Part shown: positions 1 to 9,057 of the stretch, one piece after another | Numbering within the stretch: position 1 is the first letter of the stretch | Layout: each line of letters starts with the position of its first letter | DNA from: an uncultured delta proteobacterium | GTDB taxonomy: Bacteria > Myxococcota_A > UBA9160 > SMWR01 | Direction: 5' to 3' | NCBI GenBank assembly: GCA_963832165.1 | Contig: CAWHTE010000002.1 | Span: forward strand, 128,001-192,000 | DNA: 64,000 nt | The notes under the pieces: model-generated | The model's input: the letters and a program-made list of their open reading frames with translations, nothing else | Databases searched by the model: none | Told to the model about the DNA's origin: nothing | Made by a program: the position numbers and the translations under genes

Positions 1-1897
1 CGCGGTCGAACAACCCGATCGCGCCTTTCGCGTCGCCGGCCTTCGCGCGCAGCGCGGCGAGGCCCGCGTTGGCGCGCGCGCTCGATCCATCCAGCTCGAG
101 TGCGCGCTCGAACGCGACGCGCGCATCGCCGTCGCGCGCGAGCGCAGCGAGCGCGAGCCCGCGCAGCTCGAACAGGCGCGGGCTCTTCGGGCTTCGCTTC
201 AGCGCGCGATCGATCTGCGGGAGCTGCGCCGCCGGCCGCTTCGCCTCGATCGAGATGCCGACCACCTGCTCGAGCAATTCGAGCTGCTCCGGGTCGGCGA
301 GGTCGAGCCCGCTCTGGTTCGCCAGCTCCAGTGCACGAGCAGGTCCGGACACGCGCGCCTCGAGGATCAGGCGCTCGCGCATCGCGGCGGTCGCGAAGCC
401 GCGCTGCTCGAGCGTATCGATCGACTTGCGCGCGCGCTCGAGCTGGCCGAGCGACGTGAATGCGCGCGCGGCGATCGCGTAGGGCTCTTGTTGCTGAGGA
501 CCACCGCGCGCGTCGAGGGCCTGATTGGCGAACGCGACGGCCTGCCCATATTCGCCGCGCTCGAAGTAGATGCGCGCGAGCTCGAGCGCCGCTTCGGACT
601 CGGCATTGTTGGCGCGCACCGATTCACGCAGCTCCGAGATCGCGCGGTCCCAGTCACCGAGGTCGCGCGCGGCGATCCCGGCGAGGAAGCGCGCCGCTGC
701 GTTGTTGGGCCATGACCGGATGCCGCGGTCGAACTCCACGAGCGCACCGGCCGGATCACCCTGGGTCAACAGGATCCGGCCGCGCAGCAGCTGTGCGTAG
801 TCGGTGCGCTCGAGGCCGTCGGCCACTACGCGCGCCCGGTTGAACTCGCCGAGGTCGATCAGCGCGTCCGCGAGCATGAAGCGCACGCGCTCGTCGCCGC
901 CGCCGGTCAGCTTGACGACCTCTTCGATCGCCGCGAGCGCGCGGTGCGGCTCGCGACGCGAGCGATAGAACGCCGCGAGCAGCGTCCAGGCGCCGGGCGA
1001 TTCGAAGCGGTTCACGGCTTCGAGCAGCACTTGCTCGGCTTCGTCGGGTCGATCCACCGTCTGCAGCCGCGCGGCGAGCCCCTGGCGCAGGTCGAGTCGA
1101 TCGGGCGCGGTGGCCACCGCGTCGCGCCACAGGCTCGTGCCACGCGTCCGGTCGCCTTGGCCGTCGAAGTAGCCGACGAGATGGCTGATCACGACCGTGT
1201 CGGTCGGCTTGCGGCCCGCGCATTCATCGTAGAGGCCCTTCGCCTTCTCCGTCTTCTTGAGCACCTCGTTGGCGAAGATCGCGGGTGCGAGGCACGCGCG
1301 GTCGCGGAAGTCCGGGTCGTCGCTCTGCTCACCCATCTGCTTGAGCAGCGCGTAGGCCTGCTCGGCCTCGTCGAGTCGGCCGAGATCGGCGAGCACAGTG
1401 GCGTGCAGCGCGCGCACGCCGTAGTCCTTCGGGTAGAGCGCGACGAGCCGCGAGGTGTCGGCATAGGCGGCGTCGAGGCGGCGCGCGGCGACGTTCGCGT
1501 TGGCGCGGATCCGCAGCGCCGCCTGCCGTTCGGGCTCGAGCGCGAGCACGCGGTCCGCGGCGCGGATCGCCTCGTCGAAGTTCTGGGTCTGGAAGTAGGT
1601 GGAGGCGAGCAACACGCCCGCGCTGATCTCGTAGCCCGAGGCCTCGGACGCCTTCTGGAGCGGCCACACCGCGCGCGATGGTTCGCCCGTCTGCACGAGC
1701 GCGAGGCCGAGGCGATAGTTCGCCTCGGCGTGTCCGGGCTCGTGCGCGAGCACTTGATCGAGCTTCCCGATCGATTCCTCGAACTGACCCTGCTGCTGGA
1801 GCAGGCGAATCTCGCCGAGCTGTGATTCGACGCCGCTGCAGCCGATCACGACGAGCAGGCTCGCGAGCGCGGCGAGAGTTACCGTGGCGCGGGACAT
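1..1897 (-). CDS. TPR-repeat lipoprotein (3' end runs off the window)
   Basis: Manual translation from ATG 1897 gives MSRATVTLAALASLLVVIGC (lipobox-like), then repeated TPR-like helices (EANYRLGLAL, AARFLAGIAARDLG, AFERALELD). Open to position 1; absent from the ORF track because it lacks a stop. Confidence 0.85.
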   Translation of the reverse strand, partial: MSRATVTLAALASLLVVIGCSGVESQLGEIRLLQQQGQFEESIGKLDQVLAHEPGHAEANYRLGLALVQTGEPSRAVWPLQKASEASGYEISAGVLLASTYFQTQNFDEAIRAADRVLALEPERQAALRIRANANVAARRLDAAYADTSRLVALYPKDYGVRALHATVLADLGRLDEAEQAYALLKQMGEQSDDPDFRDRACLAPAIFANEVLKKTEKAKGLYDECAGRKPTDTVVISHLVGYFDGQGDRTRGTSLWRDAVATAPDRLDLRQGLAARLQTVDRPDEAEQVLLEAVNRFESPGAWTLLAAFYRSRREPHRALAAIEEVVKLTGGGDERVRFMLADALIDLGEFNRARVVADGLERTDYAQLLRGRILLTQGDPAGALVEFDRGIRSWPNNAAARFLAGIAARDLGDWDRAISELRESVRANNAESEAALELARIYFERGEYGQAVAFANQALDARGGPQQQEPYAIAARAFTSLGQLERARKSIDTLEQRGFATAAMRERLILEARVSGPARALELANQSGLDLADPEQLELLEQVVGISIEAKRPAAQLPQIDRALKRSPKSPRLFELRGLALAALARDGDARVAFERALELDGSSARANAGLAALRAKAGDAKGAIGLFDR

Positions 1898-3320
1898 GGC
1901 GCACCGAGATTACCGCCGCTGGCTCGATTCGCCGGTCCCGTACTATGCGATCGCGGCGCTGCTCCTGGCCGCCGCGATCGCGAGCCAGTTCGATCTGCAC
2001 ATCCCGACGCGGCGGGTGGCGCCCGTGGAGAAGCTGCTCGAGCTGCGCGGCCGCGGCGATCTCAACGTCGTGTTCGTGCTGATCGACACGCTGCGCGCGG
2101 ATCGGCTCGGAACCTACGGGTACACGCGGACGACTTCCCCCGTCATCGACGCGGCGGCGGCCTCCGGCATCGTGTTCGAAGACGTCGTGTCGCAGTCGAG
2201 CTGGACCAAGACGTCGATGGCGTCGCTATGGACCGCCACCCATCCGATCCACAACGGCATCCTGCGCTACAGCCACGTGATTCCCGAGGCGGCCGTGATG
2301 CCGGCGGAACTGCTACGCGACGCGGGCTATCGCACGGCCGGGCTGTGGCGGAACGGCTGGGTGGAAGCGACATTCGGCTTCGCGCAGGGCTTCGAGAGCT
2401 ACGTGCGACCCGCCATCGGCCGCGAGCGGATGCGCGTCCACCGCGAGTCGCGCGCGCCCGAGCCGATCGCGGGCACCGACGAGGATCTCACGATCTCCGC
2501 GACGAGCTTCCTCGAGCGGTTCGGCGCGCAGCGCTTCTTCCTCTACCTGCACTTCATGGACGTGCACCAGTACGTCTACGACGAGTCCTCCGCGATCTTC
2601 GGCACCAGCTATTCGGACATCTACGACCAGTCGATCCATTGGGTCGACAGGCTCGTGGGCGTCGTGCTCACGAAGCTCGAAGAGCTCGATCTGCTCTCGC
2701 GCACGATCGTGGTGATCGCGTCCGACCACGGCGAGGCGTTCCTCGAGCACGGGCGCGAGGGGCACGCGCAGGACCTGCACGGAGAGGTGACGCGCGTGCC
2801 GCTGATCCTCTTGCCGCCGTTCCTGCTCGAGCCCGGGCTCCGCGTGCGCGCGACGGTCTCGAACGCGGACCTCTGGCCGACGCTACTCGACCTGATCGGT
2901 CTGCCGCCGCTGCCCGACGCGGACGGGCGCTCGCTTCTGCCGCTCGTGCTCGCAGCCGGCGGGGCGGGAGAGGTCGGCGAACTGCAGGAGCGGCCCGTGT
3001 TCGCGCAGCTCGTGCGCGGCTGGGGCCGGCCGAAGGCTGCGCACCCGGTGTCGCTCGTGTCGGTGACCGATCGACACCTGCGGCTGCTCGCGACACTCGA
3101 GGGTGACGCGCCGCCCAGGCTCTACGACCGCGCCGCGGACCCGACCGAGCAACGCGACCTCGCGGCGTCGGATCCCGTCGCGGCGAGGCGTCTGCGCGCG
3201 CTCGTGGACCAGTATGCGAAGGACGCGCGGATGTCGTGGGGAGTCCCGCCGCGCGAGGTCGAGCTCGACGAGCTGCGCCTCAACCATCTGCGCGCGCTCG
3301 GATACGTGATCGAGCCGTGA
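1896..3320 (+). CDS. Membrane-anchored sulfatase-like (alkaline phosphatase superfamily) hydrolase
   Basis: N-terminal TM; motifs NVVFVLIDTLRADRLG, SSWTKTSMASL, SDHGE and C-terminal LRALGY. An in-frame GTG at 1884 is an alternative start. Confidence 0.85.
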   Translation: MAHRDYRRWLDSPVPYYAIAALLLAAAIASQFDLHIPTRRVAPVEKLLELRGRGDLNVVFVLIDTLRADRLGTYGYTRTTSPVIDAAAASGIVFEDVVSQSSWTKTSMASLWTATHPIHNGILRYSHVIPEAAVMPAELLRDAGYRTAGLWRNGWVEATFGFAQGFESYVRPAIGRERMRVHRESRAPEPIAGTDEDLTISATSFLERFGAQRFFLYLHFMDVHQYVYDESSAIFGTSYSDIYDQSIHWVDRLVGVVLTKLEELDLLSRTIVVIASDHGEAFLEHGREGHAQDLHGEVTRVPLILLPPFLLEPGLRVRATVSNADLWPTLLDLIGLPPLPDADGRSLLPLVLAAGGAGEVGELQERPVFAQLVRGWGRPKAAHPVSLVSVTDRHLRLLATLEGDAPPRLYDRAADPTEQRDLAASDPVAARRLRALVDQYAKDARMSWGVPPREVELDELRLNHLRALGYVIEP

Positions 3321-3321
3321 T

Positions 3322-4407
3322 CTACGGCTTGCGGTACTGGGTCTCGAGCTTCGACCGCTCGTGGTGGCTCTCGAGCGCGAGCTCGATCAGCCGGTCGAGC
3401 AGCGCGGGGTAGGGGAGGCCCGAGGCCTCCCACATGCGCGGATACATCGAGACGTCCGTGAAGCCGGGCAGGCTGTTGAGCTCGTTCAAGTAGTAGGCGT
3501 CGGTCTTCTGGTCGACCAGAAAATCGACACGCGCGAAGGCACGGCCCTCGAGCACCTTGAACGCTCGGATCGCAGTCTCGCGCAGCTCCTGCGCCAGCGA
3601 ATCGGAGACCGGCGCGGGCACGAGCAGCTCGGTTCCTTCGTCGACGTACTTGGCCTCGTAGTCGTACCACTCGCGGTGGGTGCGGATCTCGCCGGGCACC
3701 GACGCCTCGACCGGATCGTCTCCGAGCAGCGCGATCTCGACGTCGCGCGCGGCGATGCCCTGCTCGACCACGAGCTTGGGGTCGTAGCGCGCTGCATCCT
3801 CGAGCGCGGGCAAGAGCTCGGCTTTGGTCTTGACCTTGTGGATACCCACGCTGCTGCCGAGGTTCGCGGGCTTCACGAACACCGGGAGCCGCAGTGCGTC
3901 GAGCACGCGCTCGACGCAGCCGCGCGGATCGCGCGCGAGGTCGGACTTGCGCACGCACACGTACGGCAGCACGGGCAGCCCGGCCGCGACGAGCAGGCGC
4001 TTGCTCACCTCTTTGTCCATCTGGATCGCGGAGCCTAGGACGCCCGCGCCGACGTACGGCATCTCCGCGAGCTCGAGCAGACCCTGGAGCGTGCCATCCT
4101 CGCCGCCGCGCCCGTGCACGATCGGGAATACGACGTCGAGATCGGCGACCGCCGTGTCGCCGCGTACACCCACGAGGCTGCGCTCGCCGGGCACGGCAGG
4201 CAGGCGCACTTCGTTGCCCTGGAAGCCCGACTGGGGAGGCATTGCGGGCGGCGCGAGGTGCCAGCGGCCGCTCTGGTCGATGGCGACGAGCCGAACCTCG
4301 TAGCGCGCGGGATCGAGCGCGCGGAAGATCGAGCTCGCCGACGCGACCGACACCTCGTGCTCCACGGAACGGCCGCCAAAGAGCAGCCCGACGCGAAGCT
4401 TGGTCAT
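3322..4407 (-). CDS. ddl: D-alanine--D-alanine ligase
   Basis: FGGRSVEHEVS, HGRGGEDGTLQG, KPANLGSSVG, YDYEAKY and ELNSLPGFT motifs; GGAGG RBS upstream. Confidence 0.95.
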   Translation of the reverse strand: MTKLRVGLLFGGRSVEHEVSVASASSIFRALDPARYEVRLVAIDQSGRWHLAPPAMPPQSGFQGNEVRLPAVPGERSLVGVRGDTAVADLDVVFPIVHGRGGEDGTLQGLLELAEMPYVGAGVLGSAIQMDKEVSKRLLVAAGLPVLPYVCVRKSDLARDPRGCVERVLDALRLPVFVKPANLGSSVGIHKVKTKAELLPALEDAARYDPKLVVEQGIAARDVEIALLGDDPVEASVPGEIRTHREWYDYEAKYVDEGTELLVPAPVSDSLAQELRETAIRAFKVLEGRAFARVDFLVDQKTDAYYLNELNSLPGFTDVSMYPRMWEASGLPYPALLDRLIELALESHHERSKLETQYRKP

Positions 4408-4461
4408 CACCCTCCTCCCCCAGTTGCGCGGAGCCTATGGGATATCGCTACTCTGGCCAAC

Positions 4462-5307
4462 GTGTCGGCCATCTCCCCGGATCTCCAAAGAAAAAATCGC
4501 GCGCTGGCCGACGGGCTGCGCGCGGCGGGCCGGGTCCTCGTCGCGTACTCGGGCGGTGTCGACTCGAGCTTCCTCGCGTTCGCAGCCCATCGCGAGCTCG
4601 GAGACGCCGCGCTCGCAGTGACCGCGCTGTCCCCGTCCTATCCCGAGGCGCACCGCGAGATGGCGCTGCGCGTCGCGAGCGAGTTCGGCATCCCGCACCG
4701 CACGGTCGACACCGCGGAGATGGACAACCCCGATTACCGCGCGAACCGGCCCGACCGCTGCTACCACTGCAAGACGGAGCTGTTCCGCGTGCTGGGTGAC
4801 CTGCGGGACAAGCTCGGCTTCGACGCGGTCGCATACGGCGTGAACACCGACGACACGAGCGATTTCCGCCCCGGACACCGCGCGGCACGCGAGCACGGCG
4901 TGCTCTCTCCGTTCCTCGACGCCGAGCTCTCGAAGGCCGAGATCCGCGCGCTGTCGCGCAGCGCGGGTCTGCCCACGGCCGAGCTGCCGTCGTCCGCGTG
5001 TCTGTCTTCGCGGCTGCCCTACGGCACCGAGGTGACGCCGCAGCGCCTGCGCCAGGTGGAGCTCGGCGAGGAGGCGCTGCGCGGGCTCGGGTTCCGCCAG
5101 GTGCGCCTGCGCCACCACGGGGACGTCGCGCGCATCGAGGTCGAACCGAGCGAGCTGCCGCGCGCGCTCGATCCCGAGATGGCCCGGCGCATCAGCGCGG
5201 CCGTGCGCCCGCTCGGCTTCCGCTGGGTGTCGCTCGATCTCGACGGCTACCGGACCGGATCGCTCAACGAGGTTCTCGCGATCCGCAGTGAGCCGTCCGG
5301 GATCTGA
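4462..5307 (+). CDS. larE: ATP-dependent sacrificial sulfur transferase, LarE family
   Basis: PP-loop AYSGGVDSS, RCYHCK, DFRPG, SACLSSRLPYG, QVRLRHHG and GYRTGSLN motifs; GTG start inferred. Confidence 0.88.
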   Translation: MSAISPDLQRKNRALADGLRAAGRVLVAYSGGVDSSFLAFAAHRELGDAALAVTALSPSYPEAHREMALRVASEFGIPHRTVDTAEMDNPDYRANRPDRCYHCKTELFRVLGDLRDKLGFDAVAYGVNTDDTSDFRPGHRAAREHGVLSPFLDAELSKAEIRALSRSAGLPTAELPSSACLSSRLPYGTEVTPQRLRQVELGEEALRGLGFRQVRLRHHGDVARIEVEPSELPRALDPEMARRISAAVRPLGFRWVSLDLDGYRTGSLNEVLAIRSEPSGI

Positions 5308-5309
5308 TC

Positions 5310-6161
5310 GTGTCGGTGCTGGAGTGCAGCGGGGCTCCGCGCGACCTCGGGCGCGATCTCGGAACGGCGTTGGGCGCGGAGCTGCGCGCGGCGGCCGGCG
5401 GTCGACTGCATGGCTGGCTCGCTGCGTTCCCGCGCAGAAAGGCGATCGCAGCGCTGCACCGTGATCTGCGCCGCTATTTCCCGCACCAGTCGGAGTGGCT
5501 CGAGGGGCTCGCGCTCGGCGCGGGCGTGCCGATGCGGGCACTCGTGCACGCGCTCGCGGCGAGCTGCGATCCGGCGATGCCGCAGGGTGTCGCGGTGGGC
5601 GCCGTGGCGGGCACGGCCACGGTCGCGTGCTCCGTGCCGAGCGGCGCGCTGCTGCGCCGCGTGGCGCCCGAGGGCCGCTTCCGCTCGCTCGAGATCGCGA
5701 TGCCGGGTGCACCCGCGCCCGTGATCGGGCTCAACGAGGCCGGTCTCGCGGTCGCGGTGGCGCAGCAGCGATCGCTGCCCGGGCGCTTCGCACCTCCGAT
5801 CGCGCTATTCGCGCGCGATTGCCTCGAGCGCTTCGAGCGAGTCGAACCCGCGCTCGATTGGTGCCTCGCGCGGCCCGCGGCGCCGGGCGGATCGCTCGTG
5901 TTCGCCGACGCATACGGCGAGCTCGCGGGCATCTATGCGAGCGGGCCCACGCGCCGCGCGCTGCGGCCGCTCTCGTGTCTCGTGCTCGGCGACGAGAACT
6001 TCGAGCTCTCGAAGCCCGAGCAGCTCGCGTCGGGCGATCTCACCGACGAACTCGCGAACGCGCTCGCGTTGCTGCCGGGCATGGCGTTCGCGGCGATCGC
6101 CGACCCGGTCGGGTGCCGCCTGCGCACGTCGGGCGGTGGGTGGCACTCGCCGGTCGAGTAG
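5310..6161 (+). CDS. Degenerate C45 family (AAT/Ntn-hydrolase-like) protein
   Basis: LECSGAPRDLG...FPHQSEWLEGLALGAGV N-terminus and IGLNEAGLAVA resemble peptidase C45; no clear catalytic GCT/S motif. Confidence 0.5.
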   Translation: MSVLECSGAPRDLGRDLGTALGAELRAAAGGRLHGWLAAFPRRKAIAALHRDLRRYFPHQSEWLEGLALGAGVPMRALVHALAASCDPAMPQGVAVGAVAGTATVACSVPSGALLRRVAPEGRFRSLEIAMPGAPAPVIGLNEAGLAVAVAQQRSLPGRFAPPIALFARDCLERFERVEPALDWCLARPAAPGGSLVFADAYGELAGIYASGPTRRALRPLSCLVLGDENFELSKPEQLASGDLTDELANALALLPGMAFAAIADPVGCRLRTSGGGWHSPVE

Positions 6162-6171
6162 GGAGGCGACG

Positions 6172-6690
6172 ATGCGGATCTGGGTAGGGCGAGCCGTAGT
6201 GCTGGGGTTGGTGTGGGCGGCGGCCGCGGGCGCCGCGGCCTCGGCGATCGGCGGATTCGAGGGCACCTGGGTGCGCGACGCGCGCGAGCGCGACGACGCC
6301 GCGCGCGACGCGATGATCGTGCGCGCCACCGAGCCGATGTCGTTTGCGTTTCGCGGCTTCGCGCGCGGCGTGATGCGCAAGCGCATGGTTCCGTCCGAGC
6401 AGTACGTGGTCGAGCAGGGCGCGGAGGGGCCGCAGATCCGCAACGACCGAGGCATCGTTTTCCCGCTCGACGGGCGCGTGCACGTCACCGGCGAGGATCG
6501 CGAGGTCACGAGCCGCCTGATGGAGAATGGCGAGATCGAGCAGTCGTGGAAGGAGGGCTCGGACAGCCACGGCACGACGACCTGGCGCGTCGACGGCGAG
6601 GGCCGTCTGATCGTGTCGCAGCGCGTGATCGATTCCCACTTCGAAGCGCCGCTCGAGTATTCGACGACCTACCGCCGCCCCGCGCCTTGA
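6172..6690 (+). CDS. Secreted hypothetical protein, possible lipocalin/FABP-like beta-barrel
   Basis: GGAGG RBS, signal peptide, FEGTW motif near the mature N-terminus, beta-strand-like pattern. Confidence 0.6.
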   Translation: MRIWVGRAVVLGLVWAAAAGAAASAIGGFEGTWVRDARERDDAARDAMIVRATEPMSFAFRGFARGVMRKRMVPSEQYVVEQGAEGPQIRNDRGIVFPLDGRVHVTGEDREVTSRLMENGEIEQSWKEGSDSHGTTTWRVDGEGRLIVSQRVIDSHFEAPLEYSTTYRRPAP

Positions 6691-7230
6691 TTACGAGCGC
6701 TGCTCGCACAACGCGACCGCGCGCTCGGGGTCTTCCGTGACTGCGAACGCTTCGCGCACGTCGGCGTCGTCGAATCCGTCGCGGATCGCGCGCTCGATCT
6801 GGGCCACGAGCGGCTGGAAGAATCCGTCCGTGTCGATCAGCACGAGCGGGCGCGCATGGAAGCCGAGCTTGCGGAACGACAGCACCTCGCTGAGCTCTTC
6901 GAGCGTGCCGAGGCCGCCCGGCAGCGCGATGAATGCGTCGGCGCGCTCCTCGAGTGCGCGCTTGCGCGAGCGCATGTCGCCGACCTCGTCGAGGCGATGG
7001 AGCCCGCGGTGGTGCACGTCCATGCCCACGAACGCGTCGAGGATCACGCCCTCGACCACGCCGCCGGCCGCGAGCGCGGCGTCGGCCACCGAGCCCATCA
7101 GCCCGGTCCGGCCGCCGCCATACAGCATGATGTGTCGAGCTTGCGCGATCGCGGTGCCGAGCCGGCGCGCGGCCTCGTGGTAGACCTCGGGCAGGCGCTT
7201 GCTCGAGCCGCAATAGACGGCGATCCGCAC
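6691..7230 (-). CDS. LOG family (TIGR00730-type) nucleotide phosphoribohydrolase
   Basis: IAVYCGSS, YGGGRTGLMG and ALPGGLGTLEE motifs; GTG start just after the helicase stop. Confidence 0.9.
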   Translation of the reverse strand: MRIAVYCGSSKRLPEVYHEAARRLGTAIAQARHIMLYGGGRTGLMGSVADAALAAGGVVEGVILDAFVGMDVHHRGLHRLDEVGDMRSRKRALEERADAFIALPGGLGTLEELSEVLSFRKLGFHARPLVLIDTDGFFQPLVAQIERAIRDGFDDADVREAFAVTEDPERAVALCEQRS

Positions 7231-7234
7231 CCGC

Positions 7235-8692
7235 CTAGCGTCGCCGCCGGCCACCGCGTCGGCCGCGGCCTCCGTCGCGACCTCCATCCCGGCCCCCGTC
7301 GCGCCCGCGCCCGCCGTCGCGCCGCGGCGCGCGGTTCTCGGGACGGTCATCGTTGGTATCGGACCCGTCGCTCGCGGGCGTCTCGGGCCGGTGCTCGCGC
7401 AGGAACAGTGCGCAGATCGTCGCGAGCTCGGCGAGCCCGTCGTCGCTGCGCGAGAGCGCGTTCACCACGGGGCGGAAGCGGTCGAGCAGCGCGCGGCGCT
7501 CGCGGTCGTCGAGGTGGCGCAGCTCCTGCTCGGCCTTCACCGCGAGGCGCTCGCGCACGCGCTCGGCGATCTCGGCATCGGTGGGAACCTTGCGCTCGGC
7601 GATCTTGATCTTGTTGACGTTCTGGAGCATCCGGAAGTTGCCGATGTCGAGCCCCGAGACGAGCGAGATCGCGGTGCCGGTCTTCCCGGCGCGGCCCGTT
7701 CGGCCCGTGCGGTGCACATAGACCTCGGGCGTGTCGGGCGCCGCATAGCCGATCACGTGGGTGAGGTCGCTGATGTCGATGCCGCGCGCCGCGACGTCGG
7801 TGGCGACGAGGATCTGCAGCTTGCCGGCCTTGATCTTCCCCATCGCGGCCTCGCGCGCGGCCTGCGAGAGGTCGCCGGAGATCTGGTCGGCGTCGATCCC
7901 GCGGCGCTGGAGATAGCTGGTCACGAAGCGCACGTCGTCCTTGGTGTTGCAGAACACGATCGCGCTCTCGGGATCCTCGTACTCGAGGATGCGCAGCAGA
8001 TTCGCCTCCTTCTCCTGCGCCGTCGTGATCATGTAGTAGTGCTCGATCTCCTGCGGCGAGCTCGTGTCGTCGTTGAGCGATACGAACTCGGGATCGCGCA
8101 GGAAGAAGCGCGACAGCGACTTCACCTTCTCGGGGATCGTCGCCGAGAACAGGCACGACTGGCGGTCGGCGGGCAGGTATTTGCCGATCTCGCGCATGTC
8201 GGGCCAGAAGCCCAGCGAGAGCATCTCGTCGGCCTCGTCGAGCACCAGCATGCGCACCTTGCCGAGGGAGAGGCGGCCGGAGCCGAGGTGGTCGAGGATC
8301 CGGCCCGGCGTGCCGACGATCACCTGGTGGCCGGCGTCGATGCCTTCGAGCTGCGCCGCGTAGCCGACTCCGCCGTAGATCGGCAGGCAGCGGACGCCCT
8401 TCGGCGCCCCGATCGCTTCGATCTCGGTGGCGACCTGCTTGGCCAGCTCACGCGTCGGCGCCATCACGAGCGCTTGACACCCCAGCGTGTCGGCGTCGAT
8501 GCTCGAGATGATCGGGATCCCGAACGCGCCGGTCTTCCCGCTGCCGGTCTGCGCCTTCACGATCAGGTCGGTGCCGGAGTTCATCAGCGGAACTACGCGC
8601 GCCTGCACCGGCATCGGCTTCGTCCAGCCGAGCGCTGCGATACCGCGGCGAACCGGCTCGGAGAGCGATTCGAACGAAAACTCTTCTGACAT
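7235..8692 (-). CDS. DEAD-box RNA helicase
   Basis: AQTGSGKT, PTRELA, DEAD, SAT and HRTGRTGRAG motifs; RGG/RDGG-rich C-terminal tail. Confidence 0.95.
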   Translation of the reverse strand: MSEEFSFESLSEPVRRGIAALGWTKPMPVQARVVPLMNSGTDLIVKAQTGSGKTGAFGIPIISSIDADTLGCQALVMAPTRELAKQVATEIEAIGAPKGVRCLPIYGGVGYAAQLEGIDAGHQVIVGTPGRILDHLGSGRLSLGKVRMLVLDEADEMLSLGFWPDMREIGKYLPADRQSCLFSATIPEKVKSLSRFFLRDPEFVSLNDDTSSPQEIEHYYMITTAQEKEANLLRILEYEDPESAIVFCNTKDDVRFVTSYLQRRGIDADQISGDLSQAAREAAMGKIKAGKLQILVATDVAARGIDISDLTHVIGYAAPDTPEVYVHRTGRTGRAGKTGTAISLVSGLDIGNFRMLQNVNKIKIAERKVPTDAEIAERVRERLAVKAEQELRHLDDRERRALLDRFRPVVNALSRSDDGLAELATICALFLREHRPETPASDGSDTNDDRPENRAPRRDGGRGRDGGRDGGRDGGRGRRGGRRRR

Positions 8693-8754
8693 GCCGGCCG
8701 CACTATAGCCGCGCAACCGGAAATCGTCGCGGACGCCCGTGCTAACGTGGCGCC

Positions 8755-9057
8755 ATGGGGATCGCGCGCGAGGAGGTTAGGAAGGTCGCGGCGCTCGCAC
8801 GGCTCTCGATGGACGATGCCGAGATCGACCGCATGCAGCACGACCTCGCGGCCATCCTCTCGTACGTCGAGGCGCTCTCGCGCGTCGACACGACGGGTGT
8901 CGAGCCCACCGCGCACGTGATTCCTCTCGCGACGCCGATGCGCAGCGACGTGCCCGAGCCCGCGATGGACCCCGCGCGCGCGGTCGCGAACGCGCCCGAG
9001 GCGAGCGGCTCGGCGTTCGTGGTGCCGAAGGTGATCGCCGGAGAAGAGGAAGGTTAG
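8755..9057 (+). CDS. gatC: Asp/Glu-tRNA amidotransferase subunit C
   Basis: [10 protein letters not shown]...NAPE...FVVPKVI; lies directly before gatA. Confidence 0.93.
   Translation: MGIAREEVRKVAALARLSMDDAEIDRMQHDLAAILSYVEALSRVDTTGVEPTAHVIPLATPMRSDVPEPAMDPARAVANAPEASGSAFVVPKVIAGEEEG

Noticed and set aside
7240..7335. GC-rich repeats at the helicase 3' end, and at 51649-51723
   Set aside because: They encode ordinary low-complexity RDGG and TAP/PA protein tails.
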